Positions 32,859 to 42,594 of a stretch of 64,000 nt of DNA are shown here, piece after piece. Both the position numbers and the translations under genes were made by a program. The DNA comes from an uncultured Planctomycetota bacterium (GTDB lineage: Bacteria > Planctomycetota > Planctomycetia > Isosphaerales > Isosphaeraceae). Below the pieces are notes generated by a model. It was not told where the DNA came from, did no database searches, and was given only the letters and a program-made list of their open reading frames with translations. The DNA lies in contig CAWJTV010000010.1 in assembly GCA_963845755.1 (NCBI GenBank), forward strand, positions 16,266 through 80,265, read 5' to 3'. Every line of letters starts with the position of its first letter. The stretch's first letter is position 1.

Positions 32859-33872
32859 ACCGGTCGGGATTAGGCCACGTGCTGGTGACCGGCGGCGGGG
32901 GGTTCCTCGGCACCGCCCTGGTCCGCTCACTGAGAGAACGCGGCTTGAATGTCCGCAGTCTGACGCGAAGGAATTACCCCCATCTCGGAGAGTTGGGTGT
33001 CGAACAGGTCCTGGGAGATGTCGCCGATCTCACGGCCGTTTCCCGCGCGATCGATGGTTGCGATACGGTCTTCCACACCGCGGCGAAGGCCGGCATCTGG
33101 GGGCCGGAACGGGAGTATTTCCAGGCCAATGTCGAAGGGACCCGGAACCTCATCGCGGCATGCCGTGAGGCCGGTTCCCGACGGATCATCTACACGAGTT
33201 CGCCCAGCGTCGTCTTCAACGGCAAGGACCTGGAAGGAGCGGACGAGTCTGCACCGTATTCCAGGAGGTTCGAGGCCGCTTATCCGGAGACCAAGGCACT
33301 GCGCCGAGCAGTTGGTCCTCGAGGCCAACTCCGCCGATCTGGCCACGGTCTCACTTCGGCCTCATCTGATCTGGGGACCGGGCGACAACAACCTCCTTCC
33401 GCGGATCATCTCTCGAGCTCGGTCGGGCCGATTACGTCGAATTGGCCGGGGCCGTCCGCTCATCGACCCCGTTTATATCGACAACGCCGCCGAAGCCCAC
33501 CTACTGGCCGCCGATCGGCTCGACCCAGGCTCGTCGATCGCTGGCAAGTCCTACTTCATCACCCAGGGCGAAACGATCCCACTCTGGGAGATGATCGACA
33601 GTTTGTTAGGGGCCGCGAAGATGGGTCCCGTCCGCCGGACGATCTCGCGCCCGCTCGCCCTGGCCGCCGCTGGCCTGCTGGAGGCCGCATATCGCCTCTC
33701 CGGCCGACGCGAAGAGCCCCCCATGACCCGCTTCCTGGCGCGTCAGCTCTCCACAACTCACTGGTTCAGCATCGCGGCCGCCCGCCGCGACCTGGGCTAT
33801 GAGCCTCGGGTGAGCATCGCCGAAGGGCTGCGGCGGCTCGAAGAATGGCTCGAGGGGCATGCGGCGGCTTAA
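32855..33872 (+). CDS. oleD: OleD 2-alkyl-3-oxoalkanoate reductase (3-beta-HSD/SDR family), frameshift ~33300
   Basis: [42 protein letters not shown]. Confidence 0.88.
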
Positions 33873-33941
33873 CTCCTCAGGCTGCGTCGTTGGACGCAGA
33901 TCCATCCCTCCGTTACGATCCAGTAAAGGGATCAACCGCAC

Positions 33942-34529
33942 ATGCCCCAAGCCGCTCCGAATGTGGTCGTGCTGGGTGGACCCAACGGCGCGGGGAAAAC
34001 GACCTCGGCTCCGAAAGTCCTGGAGGGCGCGCTGGGAATCGGCGAGTTCGTCAACGCGGACGTGATCGCTCAAGGTCTGTCCGGTTTTCGACCGGAACAG
34101 GCGGGGCTCGCCGCCGGTCGGATCATGCTGGCCCGGCTTCACGACCTCGCTCGTCAGAGGTGCAGCTTTGCCTTCGAGACCACCCTGGCCAGCCGGACGT
34201 TCGCTCCCTGGCTTGCTGATCTCATGTTGTCCGGATATCAATTCCACCTGGTTTTCCTCTGGCTCCCGAGTGCCGATCTGGCCGTGGCGCGCGTCGCTGC
34301 GCGGGTGCAAGAAGGGGGACATAACGTCCCTGAGGTGACGATTCGTCGTCGTTTTGAGGCGGGTTTGTCGAGCTTCTTCCGACTCTATCAGCCGATTTCC
34401 ACCACCTGGCAACTGTGCGATAATTCGGTGTCCGACAATCCCAGGCTGATCGCCTCCGGCGAAGCGGCTCACACCCGGCTCGTCGTTGATTCCTCCGCAT
34501 GGGAGCCGATCGAGAGGAGATATGGTTGA
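33942..34529 (+). CDS. zeta-toxin-like/AAA P-loop ATPase (COG4185-like)
   Basis: GGPNGAGKTT, FVNADVIA, FAFETTL, RVAARVQEGGHNVPE. Confidence 0.85.
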   Translation: MPQAAPNVVVLGGPNGAGKTTSAPKVLEGALGIGEFVNADVIAQGLSGFRPEQAGLAAGRIMLARLHDLARQRCSFAFETTLASRTFAPWLADLMLSGYQFHLVFLWLPSADLAVARVAARVQEGGHNVPEVTIRRRFEAGLSSFFRLYQPISTTWQLCDNSVSDNPRLIASGEAAHTRLVVDSSAWEPIERRYG

Positions 34530-34765
34530 TGAGTACGGACAAACCCAAGGATGTGCGTGCGATCATGCTCGAAACCGACCTTGTCGAGAAAGCTCTGCGC
34601 AAGGCGGTCACCGAGGCATTGATCCGGCACAAGCGCCTGGGCACGCCCATCGTGGTGTGGCGCGACGACAAGGTCGTCTGGATTCCGGCCGAGGAAATCG
34701 AGATCCCAGATGTAGACTGTCGAGAGATCGAAGCGGACAACGCTCGGGAATCTGTCAAAGGCTGA
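34529..34765 (+). CDS. small conserved partner of the zeta-like ATPase (putative antitoxin)
   Basis: ALRKAVTEALIRHKRLGTPIVVWRDDKVVWIPAEEI; TGATG overlap with the ATPase stop. Confidence 0.7.
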   Translation: MSTDKPKDVRAIMLETDLVEKALRKAVTEALIRHKRLGTPIVVWRDDKVVWIPAEEIEIPDVDCREIEADNARESVKG

Positions 34766-34768
34766 GTC

Positions 34769-36016
34769 ATGGTCCAGTCGGTCTACGCCATCGCTACCAT
34801 GGATACCAAGGGGCACGAACTGGCCTACGTGGCCCAGCAGCTCCACGCGGCGGGTGTCGCGGTCGTGACGGTCGACGTCGGAACGCTGGAGCCGCCGGTG
34901 ATCCACCCGGATGTCGATCGAGCGACTCTGGCCTTCTGCCATCCCACGAAGGCCGGCCGTGACTTGGCCCTCTCGGCTCAGGCCGACCGCGGCCAGATGA
35001 TCACTGCGATGGGCGAGGCTCTGGAAGTCTACCTCCGTCGCGAGCATGACGCGGGGCGGGTCGCCGGCGTGATTGGGATCGGGGGGAGCGGCGGTACGGT
35101 GCTGATCACGACTGCGATGCGCGCCCTGCCAATCGGTCTGCCCAAGCTGATGGTCTCCACCGTTGCCAGCGGAAATGTCGCCCCTTACGTGGGCTCGAGC
35201 GACATCACAATGATGTACTCGGTCGTCGACATCGCCGGATTGAACGCGGTCTCGCGCCGGGTCCTCGGCAACGCGGCCCATGCCATGGCCGGCATGGTCC
35301 AGCACCCGATCCCACCGGCCAACGACAAGCCGACGCTGGGCATGACGATGTTTGGCGTCACGACGCCTTGCGTGACGGCCGTGCGCGAGATGCTCGAAGC
35401 CGAGGGCTTCGAATGCCTCGTCTTCCACGCGACGGGGACCGGTGGACGTTCCATGGAGAAGCTCGTGGAAGCCGGCTTGATCCGTGGCGTCCTGGACATC
35501 ACCACGACCGAGGTGGCCGACGAAGTGGTCGGCGGCATTTTGCCATGCGGCCCTCAACGCTTTGCGGCCATCATCCAGGCGAAGATCCCGTTCGTCCTCA
35601 GTCTCGGTGCCCTCGATATGGTCAACTTCGGGGCTCTGGCGACCGTGCCCGAACGGTTCCAGGGCCGTCGGCTGCACGTTCACAACGCTCAAGTAACCCT
35701 CATGCGAACGACTCCCGAGGAGAATCGTCAGTTCGCGCGCTGGATCGCGGCCAAGTTGAATCGTGCGGAAGCGCCGTTCCGGATCCTCATCCCGGAGGGG
35801 GGAGTCTCCGCGATTGACGCGCCGGGCCAACCGTTTCATGACCCGGAAGCCGATGCCGCCTTGTTCGACGAGCTGGAGTCGGCCGTGTTGCCGGCGCCCG
35901 GCCGTTCGATCCGACGAATGCCGCTTCCTATCAACGATCCCACTTTCGCACGAGCCCTGGTCGAGGAATACCTCAGCCTGGACCGTGGCCAACCGGAGAG
36001 CAACCGTAATGCCTGA
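34769..36016 (+). CDS. Tm-1-like ATP-binding protein (UPF0261)
   Basis: [53 protein letters not shown]. Confidence 0.9.
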   Translation: MVQSVYAIATMDTKGHELAYVAQQLHAAGVAVVTVDVGTLEPPVIHPDVDRATLAFCHPTKAGRDLALSAQADRGQMITAMGEALEVYLRREHDAGRVAGVIGIGGSGGTVLITTAMRALPIGLPKLMVSTVASGNVAPYVGSSDITMMYSVVDIAGLNAVSRRVLGNAAHAMAGMVQHPIPPANDKPTLGMTMFGVTTPCVTAVREMLEAEGFECLVFHATGTGGRSMEKLVEAGLIRGVLDITTTEVADEVVGGILPCGPQRFAAIIQAKIPFVLSLGALDMVNFGALATVPERFQGRRLHVHNAQVTLMRTTPEENRQFARWIAAKLNRAEAPFRILIPEGGVSAIDAPGQPFHDPEADAALFDELESAVLPAPGRSIRRMPLPINDPTFARALVEEYLSLDRGQPESNRNA

Positions 36017-36869
36017 ATCGCGTGCAACGATCATGGAACGGCTCCGCAAGAAGGCGGCCGCGGGACTGCCGATCATCGGAGGAGGTGCCGGCACGGGAAT
36101 CAGCGCCAAGTGTGAAGAAGCCGGCGGGATCGACCTGATTGTCATCTACAACTCGGGCCGATTCCGCATGGCCGGTCGTGGCTCGATGGCCGGCCTGATG
36201 CCGTATGGGAACGCCAACGCCATCGTCAAGGAGATGGCCCACGAGGTCTTGACGGCGGTGCGGCATACTCCCGTGCTAGCCGGGGTCTGCGCCAGCGATC
36301 CATTCCTGCTCCGCGATCCGTTCCTCCGCGAGCTCCAGGACATGGGATTCGCCGGAATCCAGAACTTCCCGACGGTCGGACTGATCGACGGCGTCTTCCG
36401 CGCAAACCTCGAAGAGACCGGAATGGGCTTCTCCCTGGAGGTCGATTGCATCGCGGCGGCCCACCAGCTCGATCTGCTTACCACGCCGTATGCATTCGAT
36501 CGGGAGCAGGCACGGCTGCTGGCCGAAGCCGGCGCCGACATCATCGTGGCCCACATGGGTCTGACAACCAAGGGGTCGATCGGCGCCCAGACGGCCAGGA
36601 CTCTCGACGATTGCGTGCGCGAGGTCGCCGAAATTGCCGATGTGGCCAAGTTGGTCCGGAACGACCTCCTCGTGCTTTGCCACGGCGGACCGATCGCCAT
36701 GCCCGAAGATGCCCAGTACATTCTGGACCGAGTGCCATCCATCGATGGCTTCTATGGCGCCAGCTCGATGGAGCGACTGCCCACCGAGGTCGCCATCGCC
36801 CAACAGGTCCGCGATTTCGTGAAGTTGAAACTCACCCCAGGGACCCCTCGGTCATTGTCGAGCGATTGA
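36009..36869 (+). CDS. phosphoenolpyruvate hydrolase-like TIM-barrel protein
   Basis: [52 protein letters not shown]. Confidence 0.9.
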   Translation: MPESRATIMERLRKKAAAGLPIIGGGAGTGISAKCEEAGGIDLIVIYNSGRFRMAGRGSMAGLMPYGNANAIVKEMAHEVLTAVRHTPVLAGVCASDPFLLRDPFLRELQDMGFAGIQNFPTVGLIDGVFRANLEETGMGFSLEVDCIAAAHQLDLLTTPYAFDREQARLLAEAGADIIVAHMGLTTKGSIGAQTARTLDDCVREVAEIADVAKLVRNDLLVLCHGGPIAMPEDAQYILDRVPSIDGFYGASSMERLPTEVAIAQQVRDFVKLKLTPGTPRSLSSD

Positions 36870-36982
36870 TTCGTGTGCGGGTGATGTTGTAAGACGGTCT
36901 GTCCATCAGTCTCGATCTCGATCCAGGTCGCTCTTTCCATTAAGCGGACCGTTCTTCAGGGCCACATCTGCCGCCGATCACT

Positions 36983-37465
36983 TCATCTGTCCTCCGTCGC
37001 CGGAATCTGCCGCCGCATGGCTCGCGGGATTCTCAAGGCCGTGCCAACCCAGTAATCATGCAGGGTTGCGACCAGGTCGCGATACCGGGAATACTCGGAC
37101 GGCTTTGTTATGTAGGTGTTGGCTCCGGCGTGATAGGTCTGGACGACGTCCTCATCGCGCTGCGAGGTCGTCAGGACGATTACGGGGATGATGCGCAGGT
37201 AGGGATCGCTCTTGATCTGCGTGAGGACCTGGCAGCCGTCGAGTCCGGGTAGATTCAGGTCGAGGAGGATGAGATCCGGCTCGCCTTCGTTCGGCACGGA
37301 CTCCTCGCGCAGGCCGAAGAGGTAGTCGAGGGCGATGCGCCCGTCCGGGATGACCGTGAGCCGGTGGGAGATCTCGCCCTCTCGCAGGGCCCGCTCGATG
37401 ATCTTGGCATCCGCGCGGCTGTCTTCAATGAGCAGGATGTGGAATTCCGACAGCGTCGTGTTCAT
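36983..37465 (-). CDS. single-domain response regulator (Rcp1-like)
   Basis: ILLIEDS, PDLILLDLNLP, VLTTS, GANTYITKP. Confidence 0.9.
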   Translation of the reverse strand: MNTTLSEFHILLIEDSRADAKIIERALREGEISHRLTVIPDGRIALDYLFGLREESVPNEGEPDLILLDLNLPGLDGCQVLTQIKSDPYLRIIPVIVLTTSQRDEDVVQTYHAGANTYITKPSEYSRYRDLVATLHDYWVGTALRIPRAMRRQIPATEDR

Positions 37466-37490
37466 CCAGGGCCACCTGGTTGATCCGGGG

Positions 37491-39611
37491 CTAGGTCTCA
37501 GACTTGTCCGGCGACGACGAAGTCGCCGATGTGGAAGCCGGGGGACGTGGGAGCTGGATAAAGAACGTCGCACCCTCTCCGGGCGTGCTCTCGACCCAAA
37601 TCCGACCTCCGTGGGCCTGGACGATCGTACTGCAGATGGCCAGGCCGGCCCCCGTGCCTTCGTATTCTTCCTGAGTATGTAAGCGTCGAAAGAGTTGAAA
37701 GATGGTTTTATTGAACTGGGGATCGATGCCGATCCCATTGTCCTTTACGACGATCGTGGCATTCTCGCCGGCTTCGTCACCGAGGTCTGCATTCGCCGAA
37801 CGCGGTTCGTCGGGCCCAATCGCCCCGATTTCGACCCGAGGGCCCGGGCTCCGATTGTATTTTAGCCCATTTGCGATCAAATTTGCCAGCAGTTGCCGGA
37901 TCCGGTCACTGTCGCCCCAGATCGTCGGAAGCGGGCCGACGAGTCGAATCTCGGCGCTCTTGCTGCGGATCAACTCGCCCAGGTCGGTCCGGACGATGGC
38001 GATCAGCTCATTCAGATCCAGCATCTGGAATTCACCGATCACCTTCCCGGCGCGTGAGAGGGTCAGCATTCCGTGGATCATCGCCCGCATCCGACGCGAC
38101 GCCTCGACCAGGTATCGCACGAATTCTTGCCCCTCGGCCTCGAGGCGATCTCCGTAATCCTTCATTAGGAAGTCGGAAAACGCGATCAGGGTGCGCAGGG
38201 GCTCCTGAAGGTCGTGCGAAACGACGTAAACAAACTCGTCCAGCTCACGATTCTTACGCGAGAGCTCTTCATTGGTTCGGGCCAATCTCTGGTTTTTCTC
38301 ATGGAGCTCGGTTTCCAGGCGCCGCCGGGCGGTCACATCCTGGGCCACGAATCGGGCGTGGCTGACCGAGTCCTTCGGTCCATGGACTACCTTACCAAGG
38401 ACCCAGACATCGATGACTTCCCCGTTAGTCTTGAGCCAGCGGCGCTCGGTCTCGATGGAGCCTTGCTGGAGAAATGCCGCGAAACCAGCCCGGAACGACT
38501 CCCATGACGACTCGTGAAGCAGACCTTCGTATGGGCGTCCGATGAGATCACCTCGCTTGCAGTCCAACGTCAACAGCATCGTTTGATTGCATTCGATCAG
38601 GCAACCGGCGGGATTGAGGCTGAAATACATCGCCGGCGCGTTTTCATACAGGTCGGTATAGCGGTCCTTGAGGTCCTCGAGCTCGCGGTTGATTCGTCGC
38701 AATTGTTCGTTGACTCTCGTCAACTCGAGTGTCCGGAGTCGGAGTTCGCGTTCGGCGCGGACTTTCTCCGTCACGTCCGTCAGATGACAGCGGAGGTGGG
38801 CGACCTTCTGGTTGTTGCCATATCGGGCGCCGGCGTTGACTTCGATGGCTCGCGTCTTTCCCTGCGCAGTGCGGATCCGGACGATCAAACCGAGTGCCTC
38901 GCCCCGTTCCAGGGCCTGGGTAAACGTGGCCTCGACGCGGTCGCGGTCATCGGGATGGACGATGTCGAGGAACGACTTCGTCTTGAGGTCGTCGAGAGTC
39001 CAGCCGAGAAACCCCTGTTCCGCCGGGCTGGACTCGATCCAATGCCACCCGACCGGCTCGAGGCGATTGACCATGTCGATTGTCGAATAATCGCCCGACA
39101 AGTGCGGATCGTCGGGGCCGCCGAGGCCGATCGAGGGCTCGGCAAACAGGCCGCTTCGTGTCATCGATGCGGCCGGCAGGTGTTGCGGGCCGTCCCGGTT
39201 GGCCGCGCATGCGGGACGGAGCCCGGATGCCCGTCTACGGGCCGCCTTCAGGACCGCCACGACCTCGAACACCAGCCGCGTCAGATCGCCCGGCAGATCG
39301 GCAGGCGCACGAGCCGGCTCGCCCTTCCGAACGGTCCTCACGAAATGCGTGATCTCCGCGATCGGTCGGTGCCAGCGCGCCCGATCGCTCCAGAACAGGA
39401 TCGCGAAGGTCATGACCGCCGCCGCGAAACCCGAGGCGGCCACCACCATCGCATCGGCCCCGCGCAGCTTCGAGATCGCCATGGCGATCACGGCCAGCCA
39501 GGCCAGACAAATCACGCACGCCGCCGTCCATCGACCAGGGTGCCAGGCACGTTTTCGAGGGAGGTGAGGCGGTCGCCCGGTCTCGTTCGCTGCGTCCTCG
39601 TTTTGGGTCAT
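37491..39611 (-). CDS. membrane sensor histidine kinase with two PAS domains
   Basis: Two N-terminal TM helices; IVHPDD and LYENAP PAS segments; VSHDLQEPLR H-box; NLIANGLKY, DNGIG, GTGAGLAI. Confidence 0.92.
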   Translation of the reverse strand: MTQNEDAANETGRPPHLPRKRAWHPGRWTAACVICLAWLAVIAMAISKLRGADAMVVAASGFAAAVMTFAILFWSDRARWHRPIAEITHFVRTVRKGEPARAPADLPGDLTRLVFEVVAVLKAARRRASGLRPACAANRDGPQHLPAASMTRSGLFAEPSIGLGGPDDPHLSGDYSTIDMVNRLEPVGWHWIESSPAEQGFLGWTLDDLKTKSFLDIVHPDDRDRVEATFTQALERGEALGLIVRIRTAQGKTRAIEVNAGARYGNNQKVAHLRCHLTDVTEKVRAERELRLRTLELTRVNEQLRRINRELEDLKDRYTDLYENAPAMYFSLNPAGCLIECNQTMLLTLDCKRGDLIGRPYEGLLHESSWESFRAGFAAFLQQGSIETERRWLKTNGEVIDVWVLGKVVHGPKDSVSHARFVAQDVTARRRLETELHEKNQRLARTNEELSRKNRELDEFVYVVSHDLQEPLRTLIAFSDFLMKDYGDRLEAEGQEFVRYLVEASRRMRAMIHGMLTLSRAGKVIGEFQMLDLNELIAIVRTDLGELIRSKSAEIRLVGPLPTIWGDSDRIRQLLANLIANGLKYNRSPGPRVEIGAIGPDEPRSANADLGDEAGENATIVVKDNGIGIDPQFNKTIFQLFRRLHTQEEYEGTGAGLAICSTIVQAHGGRIWVESTPGEGATFFIQLPRPPASTSATSSSPDKSET

Positions 39612-39840
39612 GGGTCACCGATAGCCCTGCCCGGCGCGGAATGCGTCGAATCCGCCCAGGCTGATCCGCACACACCGCCGACACAGGACAAAGGACTCAT
39701 CTAAACCCAATACGGCTGGATTAGCGTTAACCGGCAGAAGAGACAGGACATGCGAACGTCTTGTTTCCGTGCTTCCATGTGGGGACGAGCACCAAGCTCT
39801 TATCTGACTTCGACTTATCACGAATTCAACCGTCTCGGAC

Positions 39841-40983
39841 CTAATCCGGAAGGTCAACCTCGTCGAGCTGGCCTTCGGCCGCGTGGGGAGCCACCACGTC
39901 GGGCTCGGCCATGGGCAGCCAGATCGAGAACGTCGCGCCCCCCTCCGGATTGTTCCGGACCATGATCCGGCCCGACTGCTCCTTCAGGATCGCGGCGGCC
40001 AGGTACAGGCCATAGCCGGTGCCTTCCTCCCGGGTCGTGAAAAACGGTTCGAAGATGCGATCGATGTAGGCTTCGGGCACGCCGGGTCCGTCATCCCTGA
40101 CGTCGATCGTGACCCACGACCGACCCTCGGCCTTCGCCACGCCGGTGCTCGCGACGATCCGGCCCGTGCCATGGGCTCGCGTGATCGCCTCGTGGCCGTT
40201 GCTCAGGAGGTTTAGCAGGACCTGCATGAGCCGTCCGGGATCGACCTGGACCTTGGGGACATCCGCCCCCAGCACCGCCTCGATCCGTACCGGCTGATCT
40301 CGTGGCGGCAACCCCTTAACGAAGAGGTCGATCGCTTCCAGGATCGGCGCCGAGGGGTCGGTGACGTGGACCTCCGAGGAGCCTTTCCGCACGGCCGCCA
40401 TCAAGTGTTCGAGGCGGACCTGGAGGATGCGGGAACTCCGCAGGATCGAGTCGATCCATTGTTCTTCTTCTTGGCCGGCGACGGCCGTCATCTGCAAGAG
40501 TTCGGCATTGCCCCGGATCACGGCGAGCGGGCCGCGGATCTCGTGGACGATCCCGGCCAGCAACCGTCCGACCTGGGCGAGTTGCTGGTTGAGCATCGCC
40601 AGGCCGGACATCTGACGGAACTCGATCAGTCGTCTCACTCGGCCCAGGATCAACGCCCCAGCGGCATCCTTTGCGACGTAATCGTCGGCTCCAGCCTCCA
40701 TGCCCGCGACAACATCCGTGTCGTCATGCCGTACGGTCAGCATCAAGACCGGGATGGCGGATGTCTCGGGGTTGGCCCGAATGGCCCGGCAGACGTCGAG
40801 CCCGGACATGTCAGGCAGATTGACATCGAGAATGATAACATGCGGCCGAACGTCACGGGCCTGTCTTAGGGCATCGCACCCCTTGGCTACTTCGTAGACG
40901 GAGTATCCCGCGCGAGCGAGGATTGTTCGCAACAGGGCGCGATCCGCTGCGTTATCATCCACGATCAAGATGGCACCGCTCAT
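39841..40983 (-). CDS. hybrid receiver-histidine kinase
   Basis: ILIVDD...LDVNLPD receiver; IVHEIRGPL; NLLSNG, DDGPG, FEPFFTT, GTGYGL. Confidence 0.9.
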   Translation of the reverse strand: MSGAILIVDDNAADRALLRTILARAGYSVYEVAKGCDALRQARDVRPHVIILDVNLPDMSGLDVCRAIRANPETSAIPVLMLTVRHDDTDVVAGMEAGADDYVAKDAAGALILGRVRRLIEFRQMSGLAMLNQQLAQVGRLLAGIVHEIRGPLAVIRGNAELLQMTAVAGQEEEQWIDSILRSSRILQVRLEHLMAAVRKGSSEVHVTDPSAPILEAIDLFVKGLPPRDQPVRIEAVLGADVPKVQVDPGRLMQVLLNLLSNGHEAITRAHGTGRIVASTGVAKAEGRSWVTIDVRDDGPGVPEAYIDRIFEPFFTTREEGTGYGLYLAAAILKEQSGRIMVRNNPEGGATFSIWLPMAEPDVVAPHAAEGQLDEVDLPD

Positions 40984-41134
40984 CAGGTTACGCTCCGCGG
41001 CCACATTCAACCCTGATTTCGGAATCACCATCGATTCATCCAATCCGAGAATCACCCAGCTCTTTTTTCGGCGATTGGGAAGGCGAGAGGCCGATTGCGA
41101 ATCGCGGGAGACTCCGCGCCGCTTGGCCTATTTG

Positions 41135-41140
41135 TATAAT
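41135..41140 (+). promoter_or_regulatory. -10 element (TATAAT) for the nadA leader
   Basis: Perfect TATAAT in GC-rich DNA, a few nt before the structured leader. Confidence 0.6.
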
Positions 41141-41145
41141 ACGAA

Positions 41146-41293
41146 GGAAATCCAGGGCCGGGACATACAACTTTCCCCCCGGCCGGCGAAGGGCGGGACT
41201 TGGTATCGAGCCGACCCTCGCGAACGATGGACCGAGGACCAACGTAAGGTGGGCATGGCCAGCGGGCTCTCTTCCGGCCCTATGGACGATTCC
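41146..41293 (+). ncRNA. candidate cis-regulatory RNA in nadA 5' UTR, resembling an expanded NAD+-I (nadA motif) aptamer
   Basis: Enclosing stem GGGCCGGGA/TTCCGGCCC; ACAAC at 41167-41171; AGGTGGG...CAGCG at 41247-41264; GAGCC/GGCTC helix. Confidence 0.5.
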
Positions 41294-41340
41294 CTCGCCT
41301 CCGAGAATCCAGAACCTCAAGGAGTTGACCTGATCCTGCC

Positions 41341-42463
41341 ATGAGCACGACGACTCTTGCAATGCGCGACACTGCCGTGTCTCCCTTGGCGTTCGAAACC
41401 CTACCGGGACGGTTCGCAGACCGAATTAGGCGAGCGGATCCTCGCCGTGAAGCGCGAGTTGAGCGATTCGCTCTTGATTCTGGGACACCACTATCAGCAG
41501 GACGACGTGATCCGTTACGCAGACCTCCGGGGCGATAGCTACAAGCTCAGTCAGCTCGCTGCGGAGAGCCGGACCTGCCACTCGATCGTATTCTGCGGCG
41601 TCCATTTCATGGCGGAAACGGCCGACGTCCTCTCGCGGGAGGAGGTTTCCGTCTATCTTCCGGATCTCGGCGCCGGCTGTAGCATGGCGGACATGGCCGA
41701 CCTGGAATCGGTCGAGGCCGCCTGGGAGGACCTCGCGGAATACATCGATACTGGCGATGTAACGCCGGTAACCTACATCAACTCGTCGGCCGATTTGAAG
41801 GCGTTCTGCGGCCGGCATGGCGGTATCGTCTGCACGAGCTCCAACGCACGAGCCGTGCTCGATTGGTCGTTCGCCCGCCGACGGCGCGTGCTCTTCTTCC
41901 CCGATCAGCATCTCGGCCGGAATACGGCGCGCACCCTGGGCGTCCCGCTCGAGCAGATGCCCGTATGGGATCCTCGCCAACCCCTCGGGGGGAATACGGC
42001 GGAGCGGATCAGGTCCAGTCGCGTCCTCCTCTGGAAGGGGCACTGCTCGGTCCACCAGATGTTTAAGCCCGACCATGTTGAACTCTTCCGCCGAAGGTTC
42101 CCCGGGTGCCGGATTCTTGTCCATCCGGAATGCATGATGCAGGTGGTTGACGTGGCTGATCTGGTGGGCTCGACGGAGTTCATCATCAAGACGATCGAAG
42201 ACGCTCCGGCCGGTTCGGCCTGGGGTATCGGGACCGAACTCCATCTTGTCAATCGTCTGGCGCAGGAGCATCCCGACAAATCGATTCATTTCCTCTCCCC
42301 CATGGTTTGCATGTGCGCGACCATGTACCGTATCGATCTGCCCCACCTCGCCTGGTGCCTGGAGAACCTGGCGCGGGGAACGCCCGTCAACCGGATCAAA
42401 GTGGACGTGGAGACGGCGGAGTGGGGACGGATTGCTTTGGCACGAATGTTGGAAGTCAAGTAG
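41341..42463 (+). CDS. nadA: quinolinate synthase (frameshift near the 5' end)
   Basis: ILGHHYQ, FCGVHFMAET, AGCSMADM, TYINSS, CTSSNA, PDQHLG, GHCSVH, HPEC, CMCATM. Confidence 0.95.
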
Positions 42464-42498
42464 GGGAACCACCCTGTGGAGACCTGGAGGAGAGAGGT

Positions 42499-42547
42499 CG
42501 GAGGCTGGATTCGAACGGCGTGCCTCAGCCTTCCTTTTCAGCCTTCT
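42499..42547. repeat. degenerate copy of the AGGCTGA/TCAGCCT hairpin element
   Basis: CGGAGGCTGG...CTCAGCCTTCC, TTCAGCCTTC in the nadA-glgB spacer. Confidence 0.5.
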
Positions 42548-42594
42548 TTCCCCCGAGCCCTGCTCCATACAGGGGGAGGCGTAGGAAAATAATC

